64,000 nt of DNA from Podarcis bocagei (Eukaryota), in NCBI GenBank assembly GCA_964188305.1, contig OZ076889.1; one strand, 5' to 3'. The position numbers and the translations under genes are program-made. Shown here one piece after another: positions 1-14,079 of the stretch (the stretch's first letter is position 1; every line of letters begins with the position of its first letter). The notes below the pieces were generated by a model. The model had not been told where the DNA came from and did no database searches. It was given only the letters and a program-made list of their open reading frames with translations.

Positions 1-370
1 CTCTCTCCATTTGAACCTACCCAGACCCTGAGATCATTCTCTGAGACCCTTCTTTGTGTCCCTTTGGAGGGTGGAGACATGAGAATGGGCCTTTTCTGCA
101 GTGGCTCCCCATTTGTAGAATGCCCTCCCCAGAGAGGTTCAGCTGGTGCCTTCATTAAACATCTTTAGGCGCTAGGCCTTGGGCTGATTAACATACAATA
201 CCTTTTTTAATGTGTTGTGGGAAGGGGGATTAATGGTTTGTTTTTGTTCTTATTTGTATAATATACTTTGTGCTCTTTATATTGTATTTTAAGCTGTGAA
301 CTGCCCTGAGATTTATTGATGAAGGGCTGTGTGCAAATTTAATAATAATAAATAAAATAAAAATAAAAAT
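1..370 (+). mobile_element. L2 LINE 3' end (runs off window start)
   Basis: Homologous to the L2 copy at 28300-28805 (cccagaccctgagatcat...ttctgcagtggct...aatgccctcccc). Ends in an (AAT)n/(AAAAT)n tail. Confidence 0.8.
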
Positions 371-3340
371 GTGTTTGCCTTGAGTTTCTGTCCTAGCCCA
401 CATTCAGACATTCTGGCGCTGTGTATCGTAATCCTGTAATGATGAACATGCTAGCTCAGCCCCTCCTCACAATCCTTGTTGCTTTCCATGGACTGTAGGA
501 TGTTTGCATGAAGTAAGGGGCCTCCTGTATTCATGGGCAAAATCGGGTCTTTAAAATGCATGGAGACCCCCAACAAGTACAGAAGGCTCCACACTCTACA
601 GCAGTCAGTCTGTAACTGCTGGAGGGCAATGATAACAGCAGGGATGGAGCTACAGCATCAGTCCTTGTGCACACACACCCATTGTATGTACATGGAATCA
701 GAATGCCTGAAGAGGATTCTTGATATTCAGATAAAAATGTATCACTAGTGATACCTTTTATTTTATTAATTCTAGCAGGTTTGTTGCTTGATTTACTTAA
801 TGTAGAAAAATGTGTAATTTTTACGCCAAATTCTGATGGCCACTGCATACTGCTCTCTCACACAACTAACTTGCCAATTTTCAGAGTTGATGAGAAAAGA
901 AGCTAATTGTAATAACACAGGAGGTGGTTGAAACAGTAACTGAAGCTAAGCTGCAGTTCAATTTCTTTTGCCTATCTCTAATTAACATACATTCATTTGT
1001 CCATCTTGTGTGCACAGAGCTATCATTTTGGCTATTTTCAAAGGAGAGAAAAAGTACCAGATAGAAAGGTTGGAATTAAAAGGACTGTGCAGAGCATTTA
1101 ACAGGCCTGTTTGGAGCATACGTTCAGCCACAAAACTTGGCAACTCTTCTCCACCTTCCTGTCATCTGTGTCAGTAATGTTCACTGGAGCGCAAAAGTGA
1201 AATACTTCTCTTAACCTTTTCTTTAGTGCATAGGTTTAAAACAAAATGCTTCCACCACGAACTTTCATTAGCTCCGAACTACAGTACTTTACATTTGGGT
1301 CTACTCAGTTTTGCTTTGCTTCTTCTGAAAAATTAATTTTCAATATTTGAACATCTTCTAGCAGTTCTTTAGATTGTATGCATTTTAGCAGTTTATCATG
1401 AAGTTTACCCAAAGCTGAGGCAAATTTGTAGGCAAATTGGCCCCAGAAGGCAAAGTGATGAAATGTAGACCTGTCTGTTCCATGCAGTGGAGCAACAAAA
1501 ATTGTTCTTATCGTGTCACAAAGTCAAAATTGTTTGGGATTGCTCTTGGCTTGGTTCAGCAATATGGACAGGAGTCTTTTCTCGCATTTATTTTGAGTGC
1601 TAACTCCAGCTGTGCCAATTCTGATCTGCAACTCTGAGTTCAGTGATTTCCCCAAAGGTGTGTGTGTCAGATAGAGACAGAGACAGAGAGCTCATTTTTT
1701 CCAGCTTGTCATGAGGCGAATACCTTGAAACAGAGATCAAGGCATATGATGACTACATTTCAATAATAGATTTAGTATTGATCTCATTCAGAGTTCTATC
1801 TATCCATAATCTTTGTTCTGTTCACCATACACTCTAAATAATTTTGTGCCTAAATTAGTTTAATATTCCATCAACAGAAGCTGGCAGATTATACTGAGCA
1901 CATTTATGATAGTAAAAAGTGGGTCATTGCATCATGATATAAACTTGCTAATTTGGGGGTCCTCGGAACAATTTCAGAAACACCTCAAGAACATATAAAA
2001 ATAGAGTTGTTTTCTGGTTCTTGGGTTAAACCTATCACCTGCCAAGAGAAATTATCCCAAGCATCATTAACAGTACAGGAAGAGATGTGGGCTGGCTCTG
2101 TTATGGTATCTGAAACTCTGGAGCTTTCAACATTTTAAGGCAGTTGTGACATTTATTACAGCAAACCATTTTATGTGAAAGACGTGGGTGACAGATGTGT
2201 ATGAAAGGTGCTAGTCTCTGGGGAGAGGTTGTGTGGTTAACTGCATGCTTCAGCTCTGTTGTGGCTGACCTGGACAATGAACTCAGGGGCTTGGACTTTT
2301 GCACTTGTTTTTAATCAGCAGTATTGATGAGGACTGATGTAGCAAGCATTGCTTCCAGATAGCAACTATGGCTTGGCTTTCTACTCGGTACAATTGAAAT
2401 GAAGAAATCTATAGTTTTAGATGTATTTAAAATCAGGAACTTTCTTCTTCTTTTGCTGATGTCTTATCCTGTTCTTTTGTAGGGCCACAAGTCAAAGCAT
2501 AGGCAAAAAAATTGCTGTCTGACTTGAGCCATCATTTTATTTTATCAATTACATGTTTATGGCACATTTTTACATGAGATCCATACTGTACCACAGCACA
2601 CTGAATTAATTTTGTTATAATGAAGTTGCTTATTCAAAATTGTTTTGTTGCTTATGCAAAGTTATTTTAATATTTTCTAGCTGCAGCTTTGTGAATATCT
2701 TATATCTTGGCATTTCTTAAGAAATTACAAAGTGCTCATTGTTGCAGTCTATTCCATAGAAAAAGATGTATCTATCATATATTGTACATCCTGAGTGCTG
2801 GAAATGTTTTGTTTTTTTCTGTGAAGGCAATGCAAGTTTGTTAGATAACATCTTAATGCTGCTTGGGTCTTTACAATTGTGATGTTTCAATTTCAGCAGA
2901 AAACTCAATAATAGAATACACTTTAATTTTTTCTGTACTTGCATGTTTTAGGATTGTGGTAATATAGGGGCAATATGGACAGAGAAGGGGGCTATTAGCA
3001 CAAGCATTGGGGATGACTGCTGACAGGAAAGCCTGCATTGGTGGCTCCTTGCTGCTATTAGCATATTTTGGCTTTTGCTTGAGTCAGGAAGAGCTGTTTT
3101 GTAGTACTTCTCAACTAGTTCTGAAGTCAAATCCTTGATTGGGTGCTGAGAACACAACTGGTTATGGGCTAAGGGCCAGTATGTGCACACTTTTCATATA
3201 CTTCTCCCACAGCCACCAGTTGCCTCACATGTATAGTTCAGTCTTCACTTGAAAGTGAAGTGGTGTATTTCATATCAAATATAATACCCTGACAAAACAA
3301 TGAGGTTGCCCTGAAGTTTTATGCATGATGATGCTTGAAA

Positions 3341-3710
3341 GGCACTGTAGTCTAAACCACTGAGCCTCTTGGGCTTGCCAATCAGAAAGTCGGTGGTTCA
3401 AATCCTCGCAACAGGGTCAGCTCCCGTTGCTCTGTCCCAGCTCCTACCAACCTAGCAGTTTGAAAGCACACCAGTGCAAGTAGATAAATAGGTACTGCTA
3501 CGGCGGGAAGGTAAACAGCATTTCCATGCACTCTGGCTTCCGTTATAGTGTTCCGTTGCATCAGAAGCAGTTCAGTCATGCTGGCCGGGTCCACATGACC
3601 CGGAAAGCTGTCTGCGGACAAATGCCGGCTCCCTCGCTTGACAGCGAGATGAGTGCCGCAACCCCATAGTCACCTTTGACTGTAACCTTTACCAATACCT
3701 TTACCTTTAC
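3341..3710 (+). mobile_element. Sauria SINE, near full length
   Basis: tRNA-like head (ctaaaccactgagcctcttgggcttgcc...ggttcaaatcc), body gctggcc...catgacccggaaagctgtct, and (ACCTTT)n tail. Three further copies occur in the window. Confidence 0.9.
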
Positions 3711-5310
3711 CAATAACATTTCACATCTAAGCAGTTCTCTTTAGAAAACAGAGGAACCTAAACCTGCCTTGCATCCAGGATAGTTTACTAGAATGCCCAG
3801 AAGTGTCTCAAGTTTTTTAAGAGACCTGGAAAATGCAGTGAATTAAAACATAATGAAGAGACAGCATGTGTTTCTACCTCATCTTTTTCTTGCTCAGTTT
3901 AGAGATGGTGTACATATTCGTAAAAGCACATTGTTTCTGCAGTCCTTCACCTGCATAATATTCATATGTGATTGAGGGCTGTGCGTTTGAACTGCCCCCC
4001 AAACTCTCTTAATATTGAAAGTAAGCATTTCAAGGAGAAGACATGAATCCTTTTGGTGGATATGCTTGCTTTCCACCAGTCATGTTTTTCATTGTCAAGG
4101 AGCAGTGTTCAAATATTTGGGTTTTTTCTGTATGCAGGGGGGCTGAACTGTATGCTTTTTCTGATTGTGTAGGTCTTTTCTTAGAGTACCTGTGGGGTAA
4201 GGTAAGAATCTTTTAGTGGCTCTGAATGCATTCCTTATATTGTAATTGAGGCCATTGGTCTGGATGTTTTCACTGGTTATTTGCAGTCAAACTTGAAAAA
4301 TGTGGAATGAATCACTTATGACTGACTTTACAGTTGACGTTATGTGACATTTTATTTGCAATTGTAAATACAGGAAATGGTAGTGAAATGTGAAAAATGT
4401 GATGTGTCATAAACATTACAGCCTCCTCATTAAATTTATTGTATGTTTCTGAGATACCCAGCAAATGAAATAAATCTGGGACATTGTTTCCTCACAGCTA
4501 CAGTTAAGACATTTTCTCAAAGATATGCAAATAAGAGGTTGAAATGGAAACCAGCTTTTTGTTATCTGTAGATTTGAGATGGTCAAACATCAACATAATT
4601 ATAAAGTCCACCAGTTTTGCTTGAGTGCCCATTGCTTGCAATTGACTGTGCATCTGTTAGCTGCGAGCTGCTGGTTTCCACGGAAACTGCATGTACCACT
4701 ACCTGTGAATAATTGAGAATGACAGCTGTAATGAGGGAATTTTGGGCAAATTGTGTAAATATTCGTAACCAGATTACCCTGATAAAATATTTTCACAGCA
4801 GATAAAGACATAACTTCCAGGCTTAAGGAGATCAAACTGAAGAGGAGCACGAGAGGGTCCCTCAATGTGAAATCCAGGGAACGAGTGCTTTAAAACCTGT
4901 AACAAATTCCCCATATTTGAGAGCAGTGTTTGTGAAACTCTGATTCCATGCACCGCCACCTCAAGGGCCTGAAATCCTTTGTAGTTTCGTTCCTGGGGGC
5001 AGGTAATTGGATTGTGTGTGCTCTGAATATGTAAGTACTGTTGAGGCCCAGAAGGGAATAGCCAAAGAAGCTGTTAGGTGGAGGCACGTATCTTATTTGT
5101 TTTTCCTGTTTCAGACCCTCCACACCCAGTGGAGGGTCAAGGAAGGTCATACAGCGCAAAGATCAAACAATAAACCAACCCCTGTTATCCTTTTATATCA
5201 CCTATTTTAAATAAATAAATAATGCTGCTCTTACAGCAGCTTAATATTCTATGCACTCCACTGCGGTACAATCTGCATAAGTCCAGGCAGCCCATCTACC
5301 AGTTAGATAG

Positions 5311-5313
<3 letters not shown>

Positions 5314-5389
<76 letters not shown>

Positions 5390-5419
5390 ATGGGGAGGGT
5401 GGCGGGGGGGGGGGAGGGG
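5314..5419. repeat. Compound (GT)n(GA)n microsatellite followed by G-tracts
   Basis: Directly visible. Confidence 0.95.
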
Positions 5420-8400
5420 AGAGCAGGAGGCAGGCAGACCCAGCTGGTTATAACAGGATTCAGCATGATTGCTGCTCAGGTCATGTTGGCTTTTGTTTAT
5501 ATCAGCTTGAAATGACCTGAAGAATTTCCATTCCCCGTCTCCATGTTCCTTGTCTCTGTACTGAAGCTTGCAGAAAAAAAGGCGCAGTCATGTCAGTAGG
5601 GCTGAGTCTGGTCCTGAATGAGCACAAACAGTTTTGTGTTGTTAAAAGGTTCTCTTGCAGTCTGTAGCTAGTGAAAAGGCTAAGTATTTGATACCATAAC
5701 TAGCTGTCCAAATTAACTTTTCCTGGAATTTCTGCATTCTATTTCAGCAGCAACGGAAGTTCTTTTAGCATTAAGAATACACCCTGGATGCTTGCTTGCG
5801 GATTTGTCTTGACAGAGCACTAATGCAGAGGCTAAGGTGATTTCACCCCCTTCTTACTATTTTGCTGCCTGCATTTGCTGCACTCCAAGTCTTCCTATTC
5901 TCCTCTGTGCCAGCCGCCTGTGGTATGAGAGAAACACCAAATGACAGCATGCTGTTATTAACTTAGGGGGGTGTAAAAAAATTATCCAAACCTTGAGGTT
6001 AATTAGGTGAATTATCCTTAGGTGTCTTCTCCATTCTATTCAGAATAAAATACTGCCATTTGTTGTTTCAGGGTCTGTTGTGACACAATGTGTGGGGGGT
6101 GGGCTGGGCTACTTTGCAAAATAAGGGAGGATGGCAGATGATTCTTTCGATTTGAGAAATGGAAGTTGTCACAAGTCACATCTGCAGTTAATTAATTTGG
6201 AGGCAAATACCTGTAAAAAAGGTGCAGTACATCTAGGACACTAGGATATATGTGGCTGAGTGATGGAAGGAGAATTGTTCTCTACAGAAACATTCAATGG
6301 TCTTAATTCTTAAAGTGAAAGAAACATTTCTCAGAAATTCTCTCTTGAAGTGTAAAGGAAGATTTCTGTAAACTTTGTAGAGGGAGGCAGGTGTGTGTGT
6401 GATTAATCATGCTTTGTTGCTGACTGACAACACATTGTCAAATGTAATAGTAAGGGGGGCTTAAGTAGAAATAAATATGCCTGTTCTAGTCCTTCTCTAT
6501 TCCGGGTGCCAAAACCTTGTCAGAGTGAAATATAGAATTGAGCCTGAATGGCTGAGCAGCTTCCATCTGCTTCAGAATCTCTCAAAGATAATCAAGAATG
6601 ATGAAAACTGTTACTTTCTTTTTGACCTCCAACTGACCTGTTAGCCTGGTGTCTATAAAACAAGGAAACTCCTGACCTGACATAATTTCTAATGCCTCTG
6701 TAGATCATACCTCTTCCATCAATATTTCTAGTACAAAGGATTTCTAGTACTTGTGACTGCTCTCTATTCATAAAGAGAAATTTTTGAATCTAAGATTAGC
6801 TCAATACATGTTTGTGTATTCACTCACTAAATTAATTTTGCAATTCTGATACCTGTTTCCTGCAGGCAAAATAGCAGGTTGTCCTTCAGGAGCATCAGCT
6901 GGCCCAGTCAAGAATCACAATTTCTTGATTGTGATCCTTTGCTGGGGGATGGGAACAGTGGCACAAAGGAGCTTTCTGTTGCCTAATTTGTTCAAGCATG
7001 GCTGAGTTGTCTATTCAAATCTGACCTCTACCATGAATTTACTAAGTTGCATTATTAGGCATACCACTCTTATTTCTTCCTTAGCCTTTCACCTACAGTG
7101 TTGGGCTACATAATGTAATCTTACAGTTTTCCTTACAACAAAGCTTTATGTGAAAAGACTTGAATACTCTAAAGCACCATATAAATACTTATTACTGTTA
7201 TTCGTAATTTCCTTTCTCAGAATTAGTCCCAGTAGCTTTCTCAGGCTTGAGTGGGGTCCCAGTCTCTCAAGCCTCTTTCTTTAAGGAGTGTCCATCACTG
7301 TTTAGAAATGTCCTGGTTATATGGCAGAGTTGTGAAATTAATGCAAAAAGCAGCCAATTTAATATACATTGTTGTTGTTGTTGTTACTACTACTACCATA
7401 ATTTTTTATATATTGCACATGTATTCTTTTTTGTTTCATGATATTTAGAACAATTACTGCAGTCAGTATTATAAGGGTTACTATTAATTGTCTTGAATTT
7501 CCAGACATTTCGTTTGCAAGGCTAGACTTTGGAATTTAAACTAGATTTATGTCTGATCTGTTATAATCTATTCTTTTATCTATTAGAGTTTGATCCTAAA
7601 ATAAAGTGTGATTATTGCTCTCAAGAACTGGGTCAGGACTTTATTTGCAAAAGAGGTGGTTCTGAATTGTTCAGTTATGTACAATGTATGGTGAAACATC
7701 TTCACAACTTACTTGTGTTTAACTAGCTATTCTGTATTAGATGTGACTTGGAAACCAGATATTACATGTTTTATTGTTTCTAATTAATCTTTGTGTTTGT
7801 TACTTTTAAAAATAGATATTAGCCACTGTACCATCCTGAATAACCGTTATAAAACCTCAATATTCTGCTATAATTTGTACGTCACTATAATTGTTAACGT
7901 TTACTTTCTTACTATAATTTGCTCATTGCGTTTACTATCCAGCCCTAGAAATTTGGGGAGGGTTTTGTGGACGTTCAGGAGATTGATTGTCAAGCTGATG
8001 TAGGATTTATTGTTGCTTTAGAGTACATTTTCCTTTGCTTTTTTAAAAGTCACTGATCTGGATGTTTAAAACCTTTTTTGATTGACTAATAAACTGAAAC
8101 TGAGCTATTAATAATGCCATTATTCTGTGCTTTGCACATGGCTAAGAATATCTGGTCTCTAAGGGGATGCTGTACTTGGCTCCCTTCTTCCTTTGCCTTG
8201 TCCTCCCTAGTGTGTCCAATTCACCTTCACACTCACCACTATGTGTCTTCTTAGCTTGCTCTTGCACATGCTTTATTTCTCTTCTTCTTTTTGCCCTCTG
8301 GGCCTCAAATGATGCTTTACTATGTACTAATTTTCTTGCCTACTCCTTCAGATTCTCGTAAATCTGCTCTTGTGTTTGCTTTAACCCTTCTCATGTACAC

Positions 8401-8575
8401 TGCCCCCCCGCCATTAAATAACTATATAATATTGCTGCTCATTGTAACCCTCGTTCTTGTCTTTGTCTGCTTCTTTCTTCTGTGCTGGGACTCAAGGATC
8501 TGTGGGAATAGGGTGTTTTATTTTTAATCTCCCAAGAAGGACCATGCAAGGTTAAAGTACTCTGCTATTTATAAA

Positions 8576-8960
8576 GATACATGGGTGGTGTGTGGTCTAA
8601 ACCACTGAGCCTCTTGGGCTTGCCAATCGGAAGGTTGGCGGTTCGAATCCGTGCAATGGGGTGAGCTCCCTTTGCTCTGTCCCAGCTTCTGCCAAGCTAG
8701 CAGTTCGAAAGCACACCAGTGCAAGTAGATAAATACCTACTGCTGTGGCAGGAAAGTAAAGGGCATTTCTGTGTGCTCTGGTTTCCATCACAGTGTTCTG
8801 TTGCACCAGAAGCGATTTAGTCATGCTGGCCACATGACCCGGAAAGCTGTCTCTGGACAAACACCGGCTCTCTCGGCCTGAAAAGTGATATGAGTGCCAC
8901 ACCCCATAGTTGCCTCTGACTGGACTTAACCGTCCAGGGATCCTTTACCTTTACCTTTTT
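8576..8960 (+). mobile_element. Sauria SINE, full length
   Basis: High similarity to 3341-3710. B-box ggttcgaatcc; tail cctttacctttacc. Confidence 0.92.
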
Positions 8961-8979
8961 ACAGAGTTTAAAAAATAAA

Positions 8980-9930
8980 AATAAGAAGAGCCATGCTGAA
9001 TCAGGCCAATGGCCCATGTAGACCAGAATCCTGTTCTCACAGGAGCCACTCAGATGCCTACGGGAAGCTAACAGGCAGGAGCCAAATGCTTAGAGCACTC
9101 TCTCCATTTGTGATTCCCAGAAGCTGATGTTTAGAGGCATAGACAGTGGAGGGGGAACATAGCCATCAGTTATGGCCTCATTGTCCATGAATTCATCTCA
9201 TTCTCTTTTAAAACCATCCAAGTTGGTGGCCATCACTACTTCGGTGGAATTTGGGAGTAAATTCCACCCTCTTACTATGCAGTGTGTTTCTGTTGTGTGT
9301 CCTATATCTTACAACATGTACCAGATTCTTGGGAGAAAGAGATTGAGAAGGGGAGTGGAACTTCTCTCAATCCATTTTCTCCACACCATAATGCCATACA
9401 CCTCTATCATACCCCCACTTACTGGCCTTTTTCTCAACTAAAAAACCTAAAATTTTGTAACCTTTCATCATAGGGAAGTTGTTCCCTTGATCATTTTGGT
9501 TTCCCTTCTCTGAACCTTTACCAACCCTACAATATCTTTTTTTGAGGTGAGGAAACCATAACTGCACAGTATTCCAAGGGTGGCATCACCATACGCAATT
9601 CCATTATGCTTTTGACAGTTTTCCTTTCAGTCTCTTTCCTAATAATCCCTAATACATAACTCTTATTTTTCACTGCTGCTGCATGCTGGGTTGACAAACT
9701 TCATTGAACTACCCACTACAACCCCAAGGTCTTGTTTCTGGTCAGTCATCTCCAGTGAACACCCCATTTGTGTAAATCCAAAGTTAGACAATTTGCTCCA
9801 ATGTGCATCACTTACTTTGTGTACCTTGAATTGCATTAACATTTTATGCCCAATCACTCAGTTTGGAGAGATCCTTTAGGAGCTCCTTACAATCCTTTTT
9901 TTAATTGCCTTGAACAATTTGGCCACCTCT
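8980..9930 (-). mobile_element. CR1 LINE 3' fragment
   Basis: Minus ORF 9367-9567 QLWFPHLKK resembles CR1 RT C-terminal VQFWSPHLKK. ORF 9663-9857 has EMTDQKQDLGVVV, like the CR1 EKDLGV motif. The 3' UTR is shared with 43180-43610. Confidence 0.85.
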
Positions 9931-11055
9931 TTTTATTTTATTACTTTTGTTCCATTGATTAAACATTTGTCTCCTACCTGTCCTCCAGAGAGTTAAGGGA
10001 AGTGTATATATATGGAGTCATTCTATTTTATGTGAGCACAGTCTATTGATGTTAAGTTGGGCTGCCTTGGTGTACCCCCCCCCCTTCACTGGTGCAGCTG
10101 CAAGGAGGAATTCGTAAGCTTTTGCTCATATTTCAAGTTACCCACTATGTCATTCCAGTTTGGACCTTTGTTAAGTTTAACCATAGGTTAGGACTGAAGC
10201 AACATGCTAAACTGTGGTTCATCTAAAACAGAAGCAAAAGCTTCTCATCTCATGGCAGCAGTTCAACTGCAGCTAGTTTTTGAAGTGCTTTGAGGTTTTT
10301 AACCACTTTGAGCATTTTTGTGGGGGGGGGGTTTACAATCAAGTGGTTTATAAATATTATTAAATAAAGCATGGTTTAGCATTATGTTTGAATACATGTG
10401 GTGTGCCTAGTCCAAGGTTGTGCACTGTTTTTTATGGCTGTAAGGAAATTTGGATCTAGGACTCCCGGAACAAGGTCAGCTGTACACTACAATAAAGAAT
10501 AAAGGAGCTCATAAATTCCTAGATCACCAGCAGTTATAAGATTCTCCATAACTCTCTCCCTTGCTGAGTTTTAAAGGAATTTTTTAGGCAGAATGTGTTT
10601 GTGTCACTCTTGCGTTTCTGGGAGGTCAGTAACTCTCAAAGTGTAGGTCTTCAACAGCAGTGACTGTATTCAAGGCAATAAAGGAGGGTCACTGAAGTCT
10701 GAACTTGACTCCCTGCTGGGAAAAAGTTAAAGATTAGTGACCTGCTGTGAACAGCCATTTACTTGAAACACATAAAGAAGTCCTTAATAGCAGGTATAGG
10801 ATTGGCTTGTGATGGAAAGAACACTGAATGCACCTGACCAGTTGCAGCAGGGTCCTTGAACTCCTAATGTGCTTGCTATGGCACTGCTGATGTAAAAAAC
10901 TAACTGTTTCCTGTTCCATTGCAGTCAGTTCTCCCTCCCCCTCCCCCTCCCAGTAACATATAGGAGGAGCAGCCTATTACATTGAGTAATCCTTGGACCT
11001 GAATTCTGTGTCTTGAGCCAGAATTAACCCCCTCCCCCACTAACATCCATGTATC

Positions 11056-11166
11056 CAGTGCTATTTTTCTAGAAAAAGAGGTGCCGGAACTCACCATAAA
11101 TTCCTCCCTTGTTCTCTTACAAGGACAATGGCACCCACCTGAGCTCCGGCTGAAAAAAAAGCCCTG
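11056..11166. mobile_element. Short hAT-like MITE
   Basis: Termini cagtgctattttt / aaaaaaagccctg. Flanking 8-mers catgtatc / tgtgtatc match at 6/8. Confidence 0.55.
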
Positions 11167-11220
11167 TGTGTATCTGTTAATTTAAAAATTAATGAAATGC
11201 TGGAGTTTCCTGTTGGGTAT

Positions 11221-11657
11221 TGTCAGGGAACTGCCATCAGAGGCACGGGAGAAGGAGAGGGTCTTGGATTCTGCAGGGGAAGGTCCAAGCGCTAGAGGGA
11301 GACTCAGCCGGGAAGAAGGGGAAGAGAATGAGTGTAACACCAGGGATCCAGGAGAGCAACGGGACAGGGAGGTGCAGGGGCTCTAGGACTCTTCGTTGGA
11401 AGTTAGCGAGGAGAGCCCAAGCACCCCGCTGCCCACGCCCACCCTGCGCAGGAGACTCCCGCGCAGTGAGAGGCGGAGACGATTGGGCGTCAAACAACTC
11501 TTATGTTGGCAACGCTTTAAGAAACGCCCACAGACAGATTCTACGAGTGACTAAGGGCAGCCACGCTGAGATGGGCTGTGCAGTCCGGAGGGTTTAACCA
11601 GGCAATCTAATGCTCAAACGGAGCAGGATTACGCATGAGTAACTCCCAACCATTATA
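11221..11657. mobile_element. Solo LTR (GC/CpG-rich)
   Basis: Starts TGTCA and ends ccattata (degenerate ..CA). Exact 5-bp direct repeat GGTAT at 11216-11220 and 11658-11662. Sharp GC shift relative to flanks. Confidence 0.65.
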
Positions 11658-11815
11658 GGTATGTCCAAAAAAACCCCACCCATTGGATTAAAATACTTTC
11701 CCCATTCCATTATCACAGCTCTAATTCAGTGACAGATATGGGTGTATTGCTCCTTACTCAGAGTTGTGTAAATTGGAAGGAAAAATTTATGTCATTGCTG
11801 TATTAATAGTTGCTA

Positions 11816-11858
11816 CAGTGGTACCTCTGGTTACGAACTTAATTCATTCCGGAGGTCT
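11816..11858. mobile_element. Truncated Tc1/mariner MITE end
   Basis: ta|cagtggtacctctggttacgaacttaattcattccggaggtc matches the start of the elements at 32986 and 63208. Confidence 0.75.
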
Positions 11859-13509
11859 TATGGAAACCTTTGGTATGAAGGAGGGTGTCAGGAACCACAC
11901 CACTGATTACTTTCTGGGTGCTCTGTTTCTCAACCACTCCCCAGCTGTCAGAAAACAGTTGGCATGGAAGTGCCAAGGTGTTGACAACACTGGCACGTGG
12001 ATCTCCAAACACCTGTCATAACCTTAGCTAAGTGTCTGCTGCAGCAAGACTTACAAACCACTTGTGTGGCCTGGGGTACTTATAGAACCAGACTGCTAAC
12101 TAGCAGAAGGTCGAGATGCCAGTCTGAGCCATCCCTACACAAAAAATAGCAACTGCAAGAGCAGGATCCATAACACTGAAAGCAGCAGGATGTATCACAG
12201 CAGAAGTGAGATCATCATGCGATATCAGTGGCGCCTTGAAATCGGCTGCTCTGTTCTCCCTCACATGAGGGGCAATATATTGCTGTGTATTGCTGGGTCA
12301 AAATTGTTATAGCGGTGTGATTTCAGAACCGATTTTGGCTAATATATTGAAAAATCACACAGAACTAAAACAGACCATAAAATATCACAATATTACCATG
12401 CAAAAAAAAAAAAAGTGGACCCCATGGGTGCAGGCTGTGGATCCCTAGGGGTCCCCAGACCCCTAATTGGGAACCACTGGTCTAGAATCTGTAGGAACCT
12501 ATCTTTTGAGCTGTGCATCACAACTGCATTTAAAGGATTGGCAGAAAAACCCCACCTCAGCAGCTTATTGTTGTCATCTACTGACACATGTACTTTGACA
12601 GTAGCAAACTAAGCCTGTACATTTAAACAAACAAGTGAACTGTGTTCTACATGGATAAAATCGTAGGATGCACCCTGCTTTAATTAGAGCTAGTGAAGCT
12701 CCTTTGCACTCCTTCTGTTTACTATCATAAGCAAATTACATATGCTTGCAGCACAATAAAAATAGGATGGAGGGGCAGGTGCTGCCTTTAAAGCAACAAA
12801 TCAACCTCCAGATAATTAGAAAAAAAGCCACAGATATTTTCAGAACAGGTGGCTAATACAGAAGGATTGGAAGTGAGAAAAGTGCCAGACACCTGGTATA
12901 CATTTCCAGAATAAAAGTGAGAATGGCTTATGATGCTTGGGTTTGTGGGAGAGTTCCCTGTGAGCATATTCTTCCTCTCAAGGGAATATTTGCCATTTCT
13001 TTTATCTACTCTGAATGCTGCCTTGTTTTGCCTATGTATCACAACGGATGTAGTTTGCCCTTTTCCTAAGAAAATAGTAGCCTGATTTTGATCAGACATT
13101 TTCTTCTGTAGAAAGTTTGTCTTGTGGTTTTGTAACGTTGTGGACTACACATTTACTCAGCACAAATGGCAGGTGGGAGGCAGAAGGCAAACCGTTCCAT
13201 AAAATGTGGACCAGAAAAGTGTAATTAGTGGAATGAAGTCCCTAAAGGTAGCTCACAACTTCAGTTCTGCTCCCCCTTTTCCATTCCCTTGGCTGCAAAC
13301 TCATGTTGAATTTGCTATCGGTCAGGAGGCTTATTCAGCATTACTGCATCATGTCCACCCTGGCCACTTGAATGCGCATGGCTTATGCTTTCTGACCTTT
13401 ATACATGTTGGTGTAACACTTCTGCATTTCCTTTGTCTTCTTCATTATGATTCTATGATGGAAACAGTTATGTTTTAGTTCACTTACTAGTTTAAGCCCT
13501 CATATTTAA

Positions 13510-13597
13510 GGCTGCAATCCAGACTCTACTTACCTGGACATGTCCCATTAAATTAAATAGTACTTATTTCTGAGTAGACATGGTTGGAATTGCACTG
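13510..13597. repeat. Short palindromic interspersed repeat (tgcaatcc...cccattaaattaaatag...ttgca)
   Basis: Imperfect self-complementarity. Related sequences at ~33390-33495, ~45615-45675 and ~51060-51125. Confidence 0.45.
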
Positions 13598-14021
13598 TAA
13601 GGTAGTCAGCTTCCCCACCCCAATCCCACTGCTCTTAACATTGGAACAGTGGCATTAAAAGTTTGAATTAAAAGCTTTTGCTTGCCAAGAGACCACGTTC
13701 TCTTCCCTCTCTTAGAGAGCCACTGCCGTGTATCCTTTTGTATCCCCTTTTATCTCCCCCTCTGCCTCTGTCTATTCACAGCTACCTAAGTTGTGTTCAT
13801 TGTGTTACAACAAAGCAGAGATACTGTGCACATTAATATTTCTCCATACCTACTCGCTTATACATTATTTTGCTTTCTTATTAATCAAGGTTTCTATTCT
13901 TCTTGTTGAAGACTTTTTTTAAAGGCAACCTCGCAGTCTGGCATTTAAAGTTCTCGTTAATTTAATTCCCCTTCTCATTTGTTAACAGGCCTACTTTTTT
14001 CCCTTGTTACTCTTTCCCGTG

Positions 14022-14024
14022 GCG

Positions 14025-14076
<52 letters not shown>
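14022..14076. repeat. (GC)n(CA)n microsatellite
   Basis: Directly visible alternating purine-pyrimidine tract. Confidence 0.95.

Positions 14077-14079
<3 letters not shown>

Noticed and set aside
11192-11597. GC-rich ORFs resembling a coding exon
   Set aside because: They lie almost entirely within a TSD-bounded solo-LTR-like insertion.
13527-13538. tacttacctgg resembling the U1 snRNA 5' end
   Set aside because: Only about 11 nt match, and it is part of a palindromic interspersed repeat.
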